NCBI GenBank assembly: GCA_963748625.1
Contig: CAVVJT010000010.1
Coordinates: 1,341,631 to 1,405,630, forward strand
Source of the DNA: an uncultured Chloroflexia bacterium
Lineage (GTDB): Bacteria; Chloroflexota; Limnocylindria; Limnocylindrales; CSP1-4
Length of the DNA: 64,000 nt
Reading direction: 5' to 3'
The notes beneath the pieces are model-generated. The model saw only the letters and a list, made by a program, of their open reading frames with translations. It was not told the DNA's origin and made no database searches. The translations under genes and the position numbers were made by a program. This document shows, one piece after another, positions 19,510 to 30,347 of the stretch (position 1 is its first letter; each line of letters begins with the position of its first letter).

Positions 19510-21798
19510 CTACGGGGCCGCGTAGGCCTCGTGGATCAGGTTGGCGATGGTCGCCGTCCAGCCCGTCTGCGCATCCGCACCCAGGCCGACGCCGGTGTTG
19601 CCGTCGAAATACTCCCAGATGCGCCCGGTCGCCTGCCAGTTCGATTCGACCGTGGCGATCGTACGCTCGCGCAGGTCCGCGGCGAGGGCCGGATCCACGT
19701 CGTCGAGCGCCTCGATGACGAGGTAGCTGTAGGGCAGCCAGATGGGCCCGCGCCAGTTGGAGTTGACGCCACGCCCGGCGAGGCCGGGGGTGTAGATGTA
19801 CTCCGCGGCCGACATGCTGCGCAGCCCGTGATCGGAGAGGAGCTTGTTGGGGTCGCGGATCGCGTCGAGCACCCGGGGCAGCCGGTCGGGCGGGACGATG
19901 CCCGCGATCAGCGGCACGAGACCGCTGTACGTCACCGTGGTCCGCAGCCCGTTCACGTCGGCGTCGAAGTAGAAGCCCTCCTCCTCGCTCCAGAGGTTCG
20001 CGTTGACCGCTGCCGCGATCCGCTCACGCTCGCCGCGCCAGGCGGCGGCCTCGTCGTCCTTGCCCAGCCGCTCCGCGATCGTCGCGAGATGGCCAGCGAA
20101 CGCCGCCATCCACGCGGAACCGTCGGCCTGGGCGGCAGGCGAGCCGTCCTTGTTGCGCCCGCGCGGGAGGTTGTCCATGCCCAGGAAGCCGCCCGCGTAG
20201 AGATCGCCCCCGACCGAGTTGACCTCCTGCCAGTACTCGAACTGGCGGGCAAGGCCCGGATAGAGCCCTGCCAGGAAGGCATCGGCATCGGTGGTGCGTC
20301 CGGCTGCGTCATAGGCCTCGGCCACCCGCAGCGCGGACCAGCCGAACAGCGGCGGGCACTCGACGTCCATCACCCACTCCGCGCAGGGGATGTGCCCGTC
20401 GGGCTGCTGCCAGCGATCCGAGAACAGGAACTCCAGCTGGTCTGCGCCGAGATCCGGATCCACCAGCGTGGCCGCGACGGCGTGGAACCCGGTGTCCCAG
20501 GATGCGAGCCAGGGGTACTCCCACTTGTCCGGCATGATCAGGACGTCGTGGGCGTCAACCTTGCCCTTCCAGGCATCGTCGAGCCCGGCCCCGTCCCAGG
20601 CGTAGTAGGACTTCGCCCACAGCAGCGACGAGAGCGCCGCGGCGTACATGTCCTGGTGGACGGTGACATCGTCGTGGAAGAGCGCTTCGGCCTCGTCGGC
20701 GCGCCGCTCGAGCACCGCGCCGGTCGCAGGCTGGACCGCGTCCGCGCGGGCCATGGCCGCAGCGGCTGCAGCACCTGGGTCATCGGTCGCCTCGGCCGCC
20801 GTTGCCGTGGCCACCTCGGTCATCCCGAACTCGAGGGTCCGGGTCTCCCCCGGCGCCAGGGTCACCTCGTACGCGAGCGCCCCGATTCGTCCGCTCGGGT
20901 TGCCTGACAGGGCACCCGCCTTCAGGTTGGTGTTGATCGCCTTCTTGGCGTCCTCGGCCTGGAACGAGTCGGCGGCCGGCGCGGACACCGCCACGACCGA
21001 ATCGCGCCCGTCGAGCAGCAGCGAGTCGGCTGCGGCCGTCACCGTGCCCGGCAGGTTCGTCCCGAACCAGCCCTTGAGCACGACCTGGAGCGTGTCAGCA
21101 GCCGTGCCCGTGTTCGTCACCGTCGAGCGCAGCACCCACGAGTCGGAATCCACCTTGGCGTTCTCCAGGCGGACGTCCCAGGTGGGCGCCGGGTCGGGCG
21201 TGGCCCCGGGCTGCTGGATGTCGAGCGAGGGCTTCGGCAGCTGGAGCCGGTAGTCGGCGTAGCTGTGGGTGGGCGTGTTGGCGCCGAAGGTGCGCCGGTC
21301 GATGATGGTCTCGCCGTTGTCGCCCAGGCTGTTGGACAGGCCGAACAGGCGCTCGGTCACCAGGACGTTCTTGCCGTCCCAGAACGCCCAGCCGACGTGG
21401 AACTCGCCCTCGTCATCGGAGATGGCGGCGATCCCGTCCTCGGCATAGGTGTAGTCAACGCGGGTCGCCTCGAGCGGCGACATGCCCCAGCCGTTGCCGC
21501 CCTGGCTCTGGCGCGGGTTGCCCCACTCGCGCTCGGACACGTAGGTGCCCCAGCGATCGTCGAGCGCGTCGGCGGCGGGCATCCCCTCGACGATGGCCGG
21601 ATCGAACGACGGCGCCGGGGTGGGCGCGACGGTGGGAGCTGGCGTCGGCGTCGTCGTGGACGGGGTTGGCCCGTTGGTCCCACAGGCTGCAAGCGCCACC
21701 ACGAGCAGCAGCGCGGCGGACGGCAGGAGACGGGCGCCGGGGACGCCCTCGCGCAGGATGGTTCGGATCACGTGATGCCTCGAGGTCGCACCGGGCAT
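19510..21798 (-). CDS. GH63/MGH1-like glycoside hydrolase, predicted lipoprotein
   Basis: LAAC lipobox; WGTYVSEREWG, MPDKWEYPWLASWD, GFLGMDN, NSNWRGPIW, QTGWT. Confidence 0.85.
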   Translation of the reverse strand: MPGATSRHHVIRTILREGVPGARLLPSAALLLVVALAACGTNGPTPSTTTPTPAPTVAPTPAPSFDPAIVEGMPAADALDDRWGTYVSEREWGNPRQSQGGNGWGMSPLEATRVDYTYAEDGIAAISDDEGEFHVGWAFWDGKNVLVTERLFGLSNSLGDNGETIIDRRTFGANTPTHSYADYRLQLPKPSLDIQQPGATPDPAPTWDVRLENAKVDSDSWVLRSTVTNTGTAADTLQVVLKGWFGTNLPGTVTAAADSLLLDGRDSVVAVSAPAADSFQAEDAKKAINTNLKAGALSGNPSGRIGALAYEVTLAPGETRTLEFGMTEVATATAAEATDDPGAAAAAAMARADAVQPATGAVLERRADEAEALFHDDVTVHQDMYAAALSSLLWAKSYYAWDGAGLDDAWKGKVDAHDVLIMPDKWEYPWLASWDTGFHAVAATLVDPDLGADQLEFLFSDRWQQPDGHIPCAEWVMDVECPPLFGWSALRVAEAYDAAGRTTDADAFLAGLYPGLARQFEYWQEVNSVGGDLYAGGFLGMDNLPRGRNKDGSPAAQADGSAWMAAFAGHLATIAERLGKDDEAAAWRGERERIAAAVNANLWSEEEGFYFDADVNGLRTTVTYSGLVPLIAGIVPPDRLPRVLDAIRDPNKLLSDHGLRSMSAAEYIYTPGLAGRGVNSNWRGPIWLPYSYLVIEALDDVDPALAADLRERTIATVESNWQATGRIWEYFDGNTGVGLGADAQTGWTATIANLIHEAYAAP

Positions 21799-21927
21799 GG
21801 CGCACGTCCGGGACGGACGCGCGGCGATGCGACGATCCGGATTGTACGAGCGCCCGCGGAACCGCCACCAGGTGGGCCGCTGCGGTGAGCGTCCTAGACC
21901 GGCGTTCCGGACGCGCTTAGACCGACA

Positions 21928-22902
21928 TCAGATGCGCTCGCGCACTGCCTGCGTCCCCGACCCGGACGACTTGCCGATCTGGTCGCCGTGGCGGATGTAG
22001 ATCAGCCAGTACACGGCGCCCACGAACACGCCGCCCCCGATGATGTTGCCGATGGTGACCGGCACCAGGTTCCCGATGAACGCGAGCCACGTGACGTCCG
22101 GGAAAGCCGCGGGCGTCTGCCCGATCGACGTCCAGAACGACTCCGGGGCGAACGTCTTGACGAGCACCGCGAACGGGATGAAGAACATGTTCGCGACCGA
22201 GTGCTCGAAGCCCGCCGCCACGAACGCGGCGATCGGCGGCACGAGCGCCAGGATCCGGTCGGTGGTGGTACGCGCGGAGTAGGTCAGCCAGACGGCAAGG
22301 CACACGAGCACGTTGCACAGGATCCCGAGCAGCAGGGCCTCCGTGAACCCGAGATGGCCCTTCGCCTGGGCGATGCTCAGGGCCGTGAGCCCGAACCCGC
22401 CGCCGGCGGCGCTCCACTCACCGGCGACGAACAGCGTGACCGCGATCCCGACCGCGCCCACGAGGTTGCCGGGGTAGACGATCGCCCAGTTGCGCATGAC
22501 CGACCAGATGCCGATCCGCCGGCTCGCCCAGCTCATGACGAGCAGCGTGTTGCCGGTGAACAGCTCGGCACCGCCGACGACCACCAGGATCAGACCCAGC
22601 GAGAACACGATGCCCATCAGGAGCTTCGTGACGCCCCACGGCAGGCCATCGGTGCCCGGGACGACGGTGGCCACGCCGATGGCCGAGATCGCTCCGAACG
22701 CGATGAAGGCCCCCGCGAGGACGGCCAGCACGAACGTCGGGACGATCCCGGTCTGCGCCTTCTTCGTGCCGATGAGCGAGCCCCGGTGGGCCATCTCGAG
22801 CGGCGTCAGCGCCTCGAACGGCGACTGGGAGGTGGGGGCGGGCCTCTGGCCCGTTGGCGCGGGGACCGCTGGCGCGGGGGTGACCGCCGTGTCCGGGCTC
22901 AT
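21928..22902 (-). CDS. focA: Formate/nitrite transporter (FocA-like)
   Basis: GAELFTGN, LCNVLVCLAVW, GFEHSVANMF, VTIGNIIGG. Confidence 0.9.
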   Translation of the reverse strand: MSPDTAVTPAPAVPAPTGQRPAPTSQSPFEALTPLEMAHRGSLIGTKKAQTGIVPTFVLAVLAGAFIAFGAISAIGVATVVPGTDGLPWGVTKLLMGIVFSLGLILVVVGGAELFTGNTLLVMSWASRRIGIWSVMRNWAIVYPGNLVGAVGIAVTLFVAGEWSAAGGGFGLTALSIAQAKGHLGFTEALLLGILCNVLVCLAVWLTYSARTTTDRILALVPPIAAFVAAGFEHSVANMFFIPFAVLVKTFAPESFWTSIGQTPAAFPDVTWLAFIGNLVPVTIGNIIGGGVFVGAVYWLIYIRHGDQIGKSSGSGTQAVRERI

Positions 22903-22926
22903 CGGGTCCTCCTGTGGAGGCGAGGA

Positions 22927-24000
22927 TCAGCCCTCGCCGAGCTCGCCTGCGCGATACGCCTCGAGGAAGTCCATGGCGAACATGTCCACGCCGTTGAGGA
23001 CGTCGGCCGCCATGCGGAACGGCTTGGCGTCGCGGTCCATCGTGCGCACCTTGTCAACGCTCAGGGTCACCGGGTCGATGATCCCGGAGTCCACACCGTT
23101 GTCGATCCCGAGGGCGACGAAGACGTCGTTGATGAGCTTGCGGTTCGGGAGGCCGAAGGACACGTTCGACAGGCCGCCGGTGAGCCGGACATCGGGGCCG
23201 TGCTCCTCGCGGAACAGCTTCGCCGCGCCGAGGAAGTTGGCCCCGTTCACCGAGTCCACGGCCGCCGGCAGGACGAGCAGGTCGACATGGCAGTCGGCCG
23301 GCGCGATGCCGCGCTCGAGCGCGGCCGCGTAGATCTCGTTGGCATTCTTGACCTTGCCCTCGATGTCGGCCGGGAGCGAGCCCTTGCCGGCGGCCGAGAG
23401 GACGACCGCGGCCTTGTTGGCGGCGGCCAGGTCCAGGGCCTCGGGGCGTTCGGCTGACGCCGAGTTCAGGAGGAGCGGACCGCACGGCGTGGTGCTGGCC
23501 CGGAAGCCCGCCTCGAGCGCCTGGAGCGACGACGAATCGAGCGAGATCGGCACGGCCAGCGTGGGCTCCAGGAGGCGGACCAGCCACTCCATGGCGATGA
23601 CGCGCACGCCCTCGTCGGCGTCGATCTCGTCGACGTTCACGTCGATGTAGTGCGCGCCGGCCCGCTGCTGGCGGATGGCGGCTGCGACGAGGTAGTCCTT
23701 GGCGTCCTGCGCCGCCTCGGGGGTCACGGCGCCGGTCTTGGCGACATCCAGCACGCCGTCGCCGCCCAGCCCGAGGAGCAGGGCGTTGCGGATGTGCTTG
23801 ACCTTGTTCTTCGCGAACTCGGCGGAGGCTGCAACCGGTTCGCTCATCGGGACCATGCGGGAGGCGCCCGTCACGTCCGTGAAGGCCACGAACTCGGCGC
23901 CCTCGACCGTGACGATGTTCTTGCCCTTGCGCTGGTAGCTGCGGGTGGCGTGGACGTTCTCGCCGATGACGATGAACGGGGCGCGCTCGGGGCTGGTCAC
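22927..24000 (-). CDS. Pterin-binding (DHPS-fold) methyltetrahydrofolate:corrinoid methyltransferase
   Basis: GTG after CCAGGAG; FIVIGENVH, GAHYIDVN, ISLDSS, LLNS, GGLSNVSFGLP. Confidence 0.88.
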   Translation of the reverse strand: MTSPERAPFIVIGENVHATRSYQRKGKNIVTVEGAEFVAFTDVTGASRMVPMSEPVAASAEFAKNKVKHIRNALLLGLGGDGVLDVAKTGAVTPEAAQDAKDYLVAAAIRQQRAGAHYIDVNVDEIDADEGVRVIAMEWLVRLLEPTLAVPISLDSSSLQALEAGFRASTTPCGPLLLNSASAERPEALDLAAANKAAVVLSAAGKGSLPADIEGKVKNANEIYAAALERGIAPADCHVDLLVLPAAVDSVNGANFLGAAKLFREEHGPDVRLTGGLSNVSFGLPNRKLINDVFVALGIDNGVDSGIIDPVTLSVDKVRTMDRDAKPFRMAADVLNGVDMFAMDFLEAYRAGELGEG

Positions 24001-24090
24001 GGGTCGCGGTCTCCTGGCGGGTTGGTTGGGGGCCTGGGCTGGGATGGTGAGGTGGATCCTGATGATCATGCGGCCCGGACAGGCCGGCGG

Positions 24091-24119
24091 TCTTGTATCG
24101 CGATCCCGTTCTTTGGTAC
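24091..24119 (-). promoter_or_regulatory. Putative AraC-family tandem binding site GTACCAAnGAA-N11-TACAAGA
   Basis: Minus strand GTACCAAAGAA-N11-TACAAGA; second copy at 31772-31800. Confidence 0.6.
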
Positions 24120-24156
24120 GTCCGTGCCGCGGCAGGCAGCTCTGACGCGGCGGTTC

Positions 24157-24957
24157 CTACCCGGCCTCCGCCTGGCCGACCGGCCGGAGCGGCTCCCAGC
24201 TCTGCTCGCGGAACCTCCGGGGCGTCACACCACGGCTGCGGCTGAACACCTTGGTGAGGTGGCTCTGGTCGTAGAAGCCGCAGGCCTGCGCGATGTCCGC
24301 GATCGAGCGGTCGGTGTTCAAGAGCATCTCGCAGGCGAGCTCCACGCGCGCCTGGCGCAGCAGGGCAGTGAACGTGAGCCCGGTGCGCTCGCGCAGGAGC
24401 CGGGAGAAATGGCTCGGCGAGACGCCCACCGCGCGCGCCGTCTCGTCGCGGGTCAGCTCCTGGTCCGCGCGCTCGCGAATGTGGGTCACCGCGGCGGCGA
24501 TCATCGTCGATGGCGATGACGGCCCGGTCCGCTCGATCGAGTCCACGACCCGGTCCAGCATGCGGTTCAGCCACGCGGCAAGGCCCTCGTCATCCTCGAG
24601 CGCGGCCAGCTCGTCCAGCGACCGCGCTGTCTGGCCGAGCACGTCGGTGGCCGAGGAGCCCGCGGCGATCGCAGCCCGCGACATCATCACCACCGGCTCC
24701 ACGAGGAGGCCCCGGAGCAGGTCGCTGCGTTCCGCGTCGGCCGCATAGATGTGCAGGAGGACGTGGTTCAGGAGCCGGACCGCATCGCGCCGGTCGCCGC
24801 GCGCGATCGCGGCCAGCAGCGACGGCTCGAGGTAGAGATAGAACTCCCGGATCCGGTCGTAGGGACGATCGACCGGGAGGTCGATGGCCGGATAGTCGTT
24901 GGCCATCGGCCGCGCCGTGGACGGCACGTCGGTCTGCGGCCGGGACCTGGACTGCAT
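24157..24957 (-). CDS. AraC-family transcriptional regulator
   Basis: GVSPSHFSRL...RVELACEML...SIADIAQACGFYDQSHLTKVF. Confidence 0.93.
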   Translation of the reverse strand: MQSRSRPQTDVPSTARPMANDYPAIDLPVDRPYDRIREFYLYLEPSLLAAIARGDRRDAVRLLNHVLLHIYAADAERSDLLRGLLVEPVVMMSRAAIAAGSSATDVLGQTARSLDELAALEDDEGLAAWLNRMLDRVVDSIERTGPSSPSTMIAAAVTHIRERADQELTRDETARAVGVSPSHFSRLLRERTGLTFTALLRQARVELACEMLLNTDRSIADIAQACGFYDQSHLTKVFSRSRGVTPRRFREQSWEPLRPVGQAEAG

Positions 24958-25026
24958 CCGCAGAGTGTGAGGCAGAACAGTCGCGGCGTGTTGCCCGTGG
25001 GCGGCGCCGCGTGGCCCAGGCGCCGG

Positions 25027-26316
25027 TCAGGCGCGGGTGAGCCGCTCCGCGATCTCGCACCACTCCCAGAGGCGCTTGGGGTCGTTACGGGCGGTCGAGA
25101 TGTCCTTGAGCGTGAACTCCACAGGGCACCCGTTGGCCTTCGTGACGGCCAGCACGTCCCGGATCTCCTTCTCGGCCAGGTCCGGCACCCACTCGTCCAT
25201 CGCCACCACGGACGGGTTCGGCTTGCGCGAGTAGACGAAGTCGGGGCCGATCGACTCTGCGGCCTTGTCGATCTTGGCCCAGGCGCTGATCGAGATCTTG
25301 CGCACGTTGGGGATCGTGCGGATCGCGTCGATCCGGTTGTGCAGCGGGTCGCAGCAGCCGAACTGGGCGATGCCGAAGCTGGCGTAGTACGGCTGGAAAT
25401 ACTGCGGAACGTATTCCTCGAAGATGCGGTCCGAGACCGACACCATCAGCTGCGACCGGCCGCAGATCCAGACGTCCTTCGCACGCACCTTGTCCACGTC
25501 GAAGCCGGGGGCCGGGATCGCCGACACGTGGGCGCCGGTGCAGTGGATGCGGTCCTGGTCGTAGCCCAGGAGGCCCTTCGCCTCGAGCTGGTCCAGCTCG
25601 GCCATGCGGACCTCCATGTACCGCTTCGCGATCGCGTGGAGATGCTCGGGCCGGTCCATGAAGTCCATGAGGATCGGCTCGGTGCCGCGGAACTGCTCGA
25701 TGTCGTCCCAGAGGCTGTAGGCGAGGAGATTGCCCTCGAAGCCGTGCCAGCCCTGCATCCGCACGCCCAGGATCCCATCGAGGAGCTCGTGGGCCTTGGC
25801 CTCGACCGCGGCGGTGGCTGCCACGTCGAGGGTCAGCTCCGGCTCGCGGAACTTCGCGATGTCCTCGGGCTCCGCCAGCTGGTCGGCATACGCGTGGCTC
25901 TGGACAACGTTGCCCTCGCCCTGGTCGAGGGTGTCGTCCTGGATGCTCAGTCCCCAGCCGGTGGAGCGGATGACCTTGCCGAAGTCCATGTACGGACGGA
26001 CGACCATGTCCACGCGGGCGTGGTTCCAGCGCCACAGCTCGCGGCGGATGCGGGTCTCGACCTCGCGGGCGAAGGGGTCCGTCGACACGACGGCAAGCTC
26101 GTCGGCGCCGGGCAGGCCGGGCACCGCCATCTCGTGCCATGGGATCTCGTCGATCATGGCCATGGGGCGCTCGGGGTGCAGGTCGTTGAGCGCGGTCCAC
26201 TCGCGGATGCGCTCGTCCTGGACGGGGAGTGCGGCGATCTCGGCGAGCCTCGATGCGAGCTCGCGGACGATGGCGACGTCGGCCTGCGGCAGGCCGGTGC
26301 TGGTCTCGGCGGTCAT
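25027..26316 (-). CDS. URO-D/methyltransferase-superfamily protein (paralog 1)
   Basis: ATG after GAAGGGA; FGCCDPLHNRID...NVRKISIS..., YSRKPNP, EFTLKDIST; directly downstream of the corrinoid protein. Confidence 0.75.
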   Translation of the reverse strand: MTAETSTGLPQADVAIVRELASRLAEIAALPVQDERIREWTALNDLHPERPMAMIDEIPWHEMAVPGLPGADELAVVSTDPFAREVETRIRRELWRWNHARVDMVVRPYMDFGKVIRSTGWGLSIQDDTLDQGEGNVVQSHAYADQLAEPEDIAKFREPELTLDVAATAAVEAKAHELLDGILGVRMQGWHGFEGNLLAYSLWDDIEQFRGTEPILMDFMDRPEHLHAIAKRYMEVRMAELDQLEAKGLLGYDQDRIHCTGAHVSAIPAPGFDVDKVRAKDVWICGRSQLMVSVSDRIFEEYVPQYFQPYYASFGIAQFGCCDPLHNRIDAIRTIPNVRKISISAWAKIDKAAESIGPDFVYSRKPNPSVVAMDEWVPDLAEKEIRDVLAVTKANGCPVEFTLKDISTARNDPKRLWEWCEIAERLTRA

Positions 26317-26344
26317 CGTGGGTGTCCCTTCTCTCGCTCGTGCG

Positions 26345-26971
26345 CTACCGGGCCAGCAGGCCGCGGGCCAGGTCCACCGCGGCACCGGCGTCGGGGGCGT
26401 AGCCGTCGGCGCCGATCTGCGCCGCGAACTCGGGGGTGACCGGCGCGCCGCCCACGACGACCCTGGCCGGCAGGCCGGCGGCCCGCACGGCCTCGACCAC
26501 GCCGCGCATGCCGGGCATGGTCGTGGTGAGCAGCGCGCTGATGCCGATGATGTGGACGTCGTGCTCGCGGGCCGCCTCGACGAAGCGGGCCGCCGGGACG
26601 TTGACACCGAGGTCGATGACCTCGATGCCGCCGCCCTTCCACATCATGCCCACGAGGTTCTTGCCGATGTCGTGGAGGTCCCCCTCCACCGTGCCCACGA
26701 TGGCCCGGAACTCGGGGGTCACGCCGGCCGCGAGCAGGGCGGGCTCGAGGATCTCCGTGCCGGCCTTCATGGCCCGGGCGGCGATCAGCATCTCGGGGAC
26801 GAACAGCTCGCCCTCCTGGAACTTGCGGCCCACCACGTCCATGGCCGCGGTCATCGCGTCGAGGACCGTCGTGGGGTCGAGCCCCTCGTCGAGGGCGGCC
26901 TGGGTGAGCTCCGCTGCGGCCTTGCGGTTGCCCGCCTCCACGGCGGCGGTGAGGGCGGCGAGGTCGGCCAT
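26345..26971 (-). CDS. Corrinoid (cobalamin-binding) methyltransferase protein
   Basis: Cap domain ELFVPEMLIAARAMK; B12 motif GDLHDIGKNLV, SALLTTT, VVVGGAP. Confidence 0.95.
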   Translation of the reverse strand: MADLAALTAAVEAGNRKAAAELTQAALDEGLDPTTVLDAMTAAMDVVGRKFQEGELFVPEMLIAARAMKAGTEILEPALLAAGVTPEFRAIVGTVEGDLHDIGKNLVGMMWKGGGIEVIDLGVNVPAARFVEAAREHDVHIIGISALLTTTMPGMRGVVEAVRAAGLPARVVVGGAPVTPEFAAQIGADGYAPDAGAAVDLARGLLAR

Positions 26972-27039
26972 GGTGTCGTTACTCCTGTCGTTCGGTGGTT
27001 GGAACAAGAGCCGCCAATCCGGCGGGAGGGTGTTGAGCT

Positions 27040-27990
27040 CTAGGCGCCGCCGGGCGTGAACCTGACCGGCAGGTTCCACCAGACGTACATGTTCGGGGAG
27101 GAGGGGTAGAACACCGGATCGCCGGCAAGCTCGTACTCGCCCAGCACCGGGAGGGCCTCCTCCATCACGATCCGGGCCTCAACACGGGCGAGCGGTGCGC
27201 CCAGGCAGCCGTGCACCCCTTCGCCGAAGCCCACGTGCTTGATGACCGGACCCCGGTCGAGCGTGAAGGCGTCGGGGTCGTCGAACTGGCGGTCGTCGCG
27301 GTTTGCGGCACCCACCACGGCGACCACGCGCGAGCGCGCTGGGATGGTCACGCCGTGCAGCGTCACGTCGCGCATCGCTGTGCGGGCGGTCAGTTGGAGA
27401 GGGGTCGCCCAGCGGACCGCCTCCTCTACTGCCACCGGGACCAGGGACGGGTCCGCCAGGAGGCGGCGGCGCTGCTCCGGGTGCTCGGCGAGCAGCTTGA
27501 ACAGCGTCCCGATCAGCCCCGCCGTGGACTCCACCCCGCCCAGGAACAGGATCATCATCAGCCCCATCACCTCGGCGGCCGGCGTGATGTGCTCGTCCGT
27601 GAAGGGCACCCCGTTGATCGAGGCATGGACGAGGGTGCTGACGACGTCCTCGCGCGGGTTCGTCCGGCGGTCCTGCAGCAGGTTGATGAAGTACTCGCGG
27701 ATGCCCTTGTCGGCCTCGATCGCCTCCGGCGTGAACTGCGGCGTGCCGGGCACCCGGCCCTTGAGCCCGTGGACCCAGCGCTCGAGCTGGTCGCGCTCCG
27801 CCTGGTCCTCCTTGGGCAGGCCCATGATCGAGAAGAAGACATCGAAGGGCGTGGGCCAGGCGATCTCCTGCGCGAGGTCCACGGTCCCCCGCTCCCGCCA
27901 GGCAGCCATGTGCCCGCGCACCACGTCACGGATCGCATCCGCCTGGGCGCCCACCCGACGGGGCAGGAACCAAGGCTCTTGCAAGTGCAC
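27040..27990 (-). pseudogene. Cytochrome P450, 5'-truncated (lacks about 90 N-terminal aa)
   Basis: GGVEST, EEAVR, FGEGVHGCLG; similarity to the paralog begins abruptly at PWFLPRR, next to the promoter/operator. Confidence 0.8.
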
Positions 27991-28006
27991 TAGAGCGCTC
28001 TAGTAT
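27979..28006 (+). promoter_or_regulatory. Sigma70-like promoter with a LacI-type operator in the spacer
   Basis: TTGCAA-16-TAGTAT; perfect palindrome ACTAGAGCGCTCTAGT at 27989-28004. Confidence 0.8.
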
Positions 28007-28143
28007 CGACGCGCGGACAGTAGGACGATGAAGGCGGGTCGTCAATACCCATCCTGCAGCCGAGGACCGGGCTGTTCCCCGGCCAGGGCACGCGGAGACC
28101 TGGCCCCACCGAGCACCAGCCGTCGCCATCGAGGGCTTGCCAA

Positions 28144-29392
28144 GTGGCCGTCACCGGTTACGACCCGTTCAGCCAGGAGTTCCAGGCCGACCCGTTCACC
28201 GTCTACCGGTGGATGCGCGACGAGGCCCCGGTCTACTACAGCGAGAAGTGGAACTGGTGGGCGCTGTCCCGCTGGGACGACGTCCGCGCCGCGGCGCTGG
28301 ACCCGGACACCTTCCAGTCCTACGAGGGCATCGACCTCGACGCGACCGCCACCGACCAGGGCGGCCCGGGCTTCATCCCCAACATCGACAACCCGCGCCA
28401 CGACGAGCTGCGCGGCGTGGTCCAGCCGCCGATGCTGCCGCGCCGGATCGCGAAGTACGAGGAGTCGATCCGCGCGGTCGTGCGCTCGCTGATCGACGCG
28501 TTCCGCGACCGGGGCGAGGTGGACATCGTCCAGGAGCTGGGCTGGCCGATGCCCAACGAGGTCTTCTTCGACCTCCTCGGGCTCTGCCGACGCACGGGAG
28601 GAGGGCCGCGAGGACCTCCAGCGCTGGATCCACGAGCTCAAGCACCGCGAGCCCGACAACCCCGACCTCACGCCCGTCTCCCGCGCGGCGACGGCCGGCA
28701 TCAACGCCTACTTCATCAAGCTGCTCAACGACCGGCGCGCCAATCCGCGCCAGGACTTCGTGACGCACCTGGTCACGTCGCAGATCAACGGCGTCCCCTT
28801 CGCCGACGAGGTCATCACGCCCGAGTCCGAGATCATGGGCATGATGCGCGTCCTCTTCCTGGGCGGCGTCGAGTCCACCGCGGGCCTCACGGGCTCCATC
28901 TTCAAGCTCCTCGCCGAGCACCCGGACCAGCGCGAGCTGCTCCTGGCGGACCCGTCCCTGATCCCCGCTGCCGTCGAAGAGGCGGTCCGCTGGTCCACGC
29001 CGCTCCAGCACGCGGGCCGCACCACCTCGCGGGAGGTCACCCTCCATGGCGTGACGATCCCCACGGGCGGACGCGTCGTCCTCGTCTACGGCTCCGCCAA
29101 CCGCGACGAGCGCCAGTTCGACGATCCGGACGACTTCATCATCAACCGCGGCACGTTGCGCCACCTGGGCTTCGGCGAGGGCGTCCACGGCTGCCTCGGT
29201 GCGCCGCTGGCCCGGCTCGAGGTCAGGATCGCGCTCGAGGAGGCGCTCCCGGTCCTCGGCGAGTACGAGATCGCGGGCGAGGCGAAGCGGTACATGACCA
29301 CGCCGAACATGTACGTGTGGAACAACCTGCCGCTGTCGTTCCGGCCGCAGGCGCACGGCGCGTCGCAGGCCCAGGCGGAGCCGGTCGCATGA
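28144..29392 (+). CDS. Cytochrome P450 (frameshift near 28585-28600)
   Basis: DPFTVYRWMRDEAPV, DNPRHDELR; LFLGGVESTAG, EEAVRW, FGEGVHGCLG. Confidence 0.9.
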
Positions 29393-30347
29393 GCACACCG
29401 GTCGAGGCCACCATCCGCGTCCGCGTCGAGCGCAAGACCGTCGAGGCCGACGGGGTCGTGTCGCTGACGTTGCGCCCGGTCTCCGGCGAGGCGCTGCCCC
29501 ACTGGCACCCGGGCGCTCACGTCGACCTGCTGTTCGACGGGCTGCCGGTGCGGCAGTACTCGCTGTCGGGCGTCGCCGGACGACGTGGCCACGTACCGCG
29601 TCGGCGTCCTGCGCGAGGCCGGCGGGCGGCGGCGTGTCGCTGTTCATCCACGACGCGCTGGCCGAAGGCGCGGAGATCGCGATCGCCGGGCCGCGCAACC
29701 ACTTCCGGTTCGTGCCCGCGCCGCGGTACCTCTTCATCGCGGGCGGCATCGGCATCACGCCGATCCTGCCGATGATCGCCGCGGCCGAGGCGGCCGGTGC
29801 CGACTGGCGGCTGGTCTACGGCGGCCGCACGCGCTCGTCGATGGCGTTCCTCGACGAGCTGGCCGCGTACGGCGACCGCGTGTCGCTGCGCCCGCAGGAC
29901 GAGTCCGGGCTGCTGGACCTGGACGCGCTCCTCGGGTCGCCCGAGGACGAGACCCTCGTCTACACCTGCGGGCCCGAGCCGCTGCTTGCGGCCGTCGAGG
30001 CGCGCATGGAGGCGTGGCCCCACGGGTCCCTGCACCTGGAGCGGTTCGCACCCAAGCCCCTGGCCGAGCCGGAGCGCGCCGGCTCCTTCGAGGTGGTGCT
30101 CGCCAAGAGCGGGCGCACGCTCGTGGTGCCGTCCGACCGGTCGATCCTCTCGATCGTGGAGGAGGCCGGGGTCCCCGTGTTGTCCTCGTGCGCGCACGGC
30201 ACGTGCGGGACCTGCGACACGCCCGTGCTCGAGGGCGTCCCCGAGCACCGCGACGCCGTCCTGACCGACGATGAGAAGGCGGTCAACGACTGCATGATGA
30301 TCTGCGTCTCGCGGTCCCTGTCCGACAGGCTGGTGCTCAACCTCTGA
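29389..30347 (+). CDS. PDR/VanB-family FMN/[2Fe-2S] reductase (frameshifted)
   Basis: ATGA overlap with the P450; PGAHVD, RQYSL, GPRNHF, AGGIGITP, YTCGP, CAHGTCGTC...ICVSR. Confidence 0.9.

Noticed and set aside
18127-20907. Long antisense ORFs (e.g. 926 aa here; also 24751..26439, 55378..57357, 58574..60574)
   Set aside because: GC-rich shadow frames opposite well-supported genes, with no recognisable motifs
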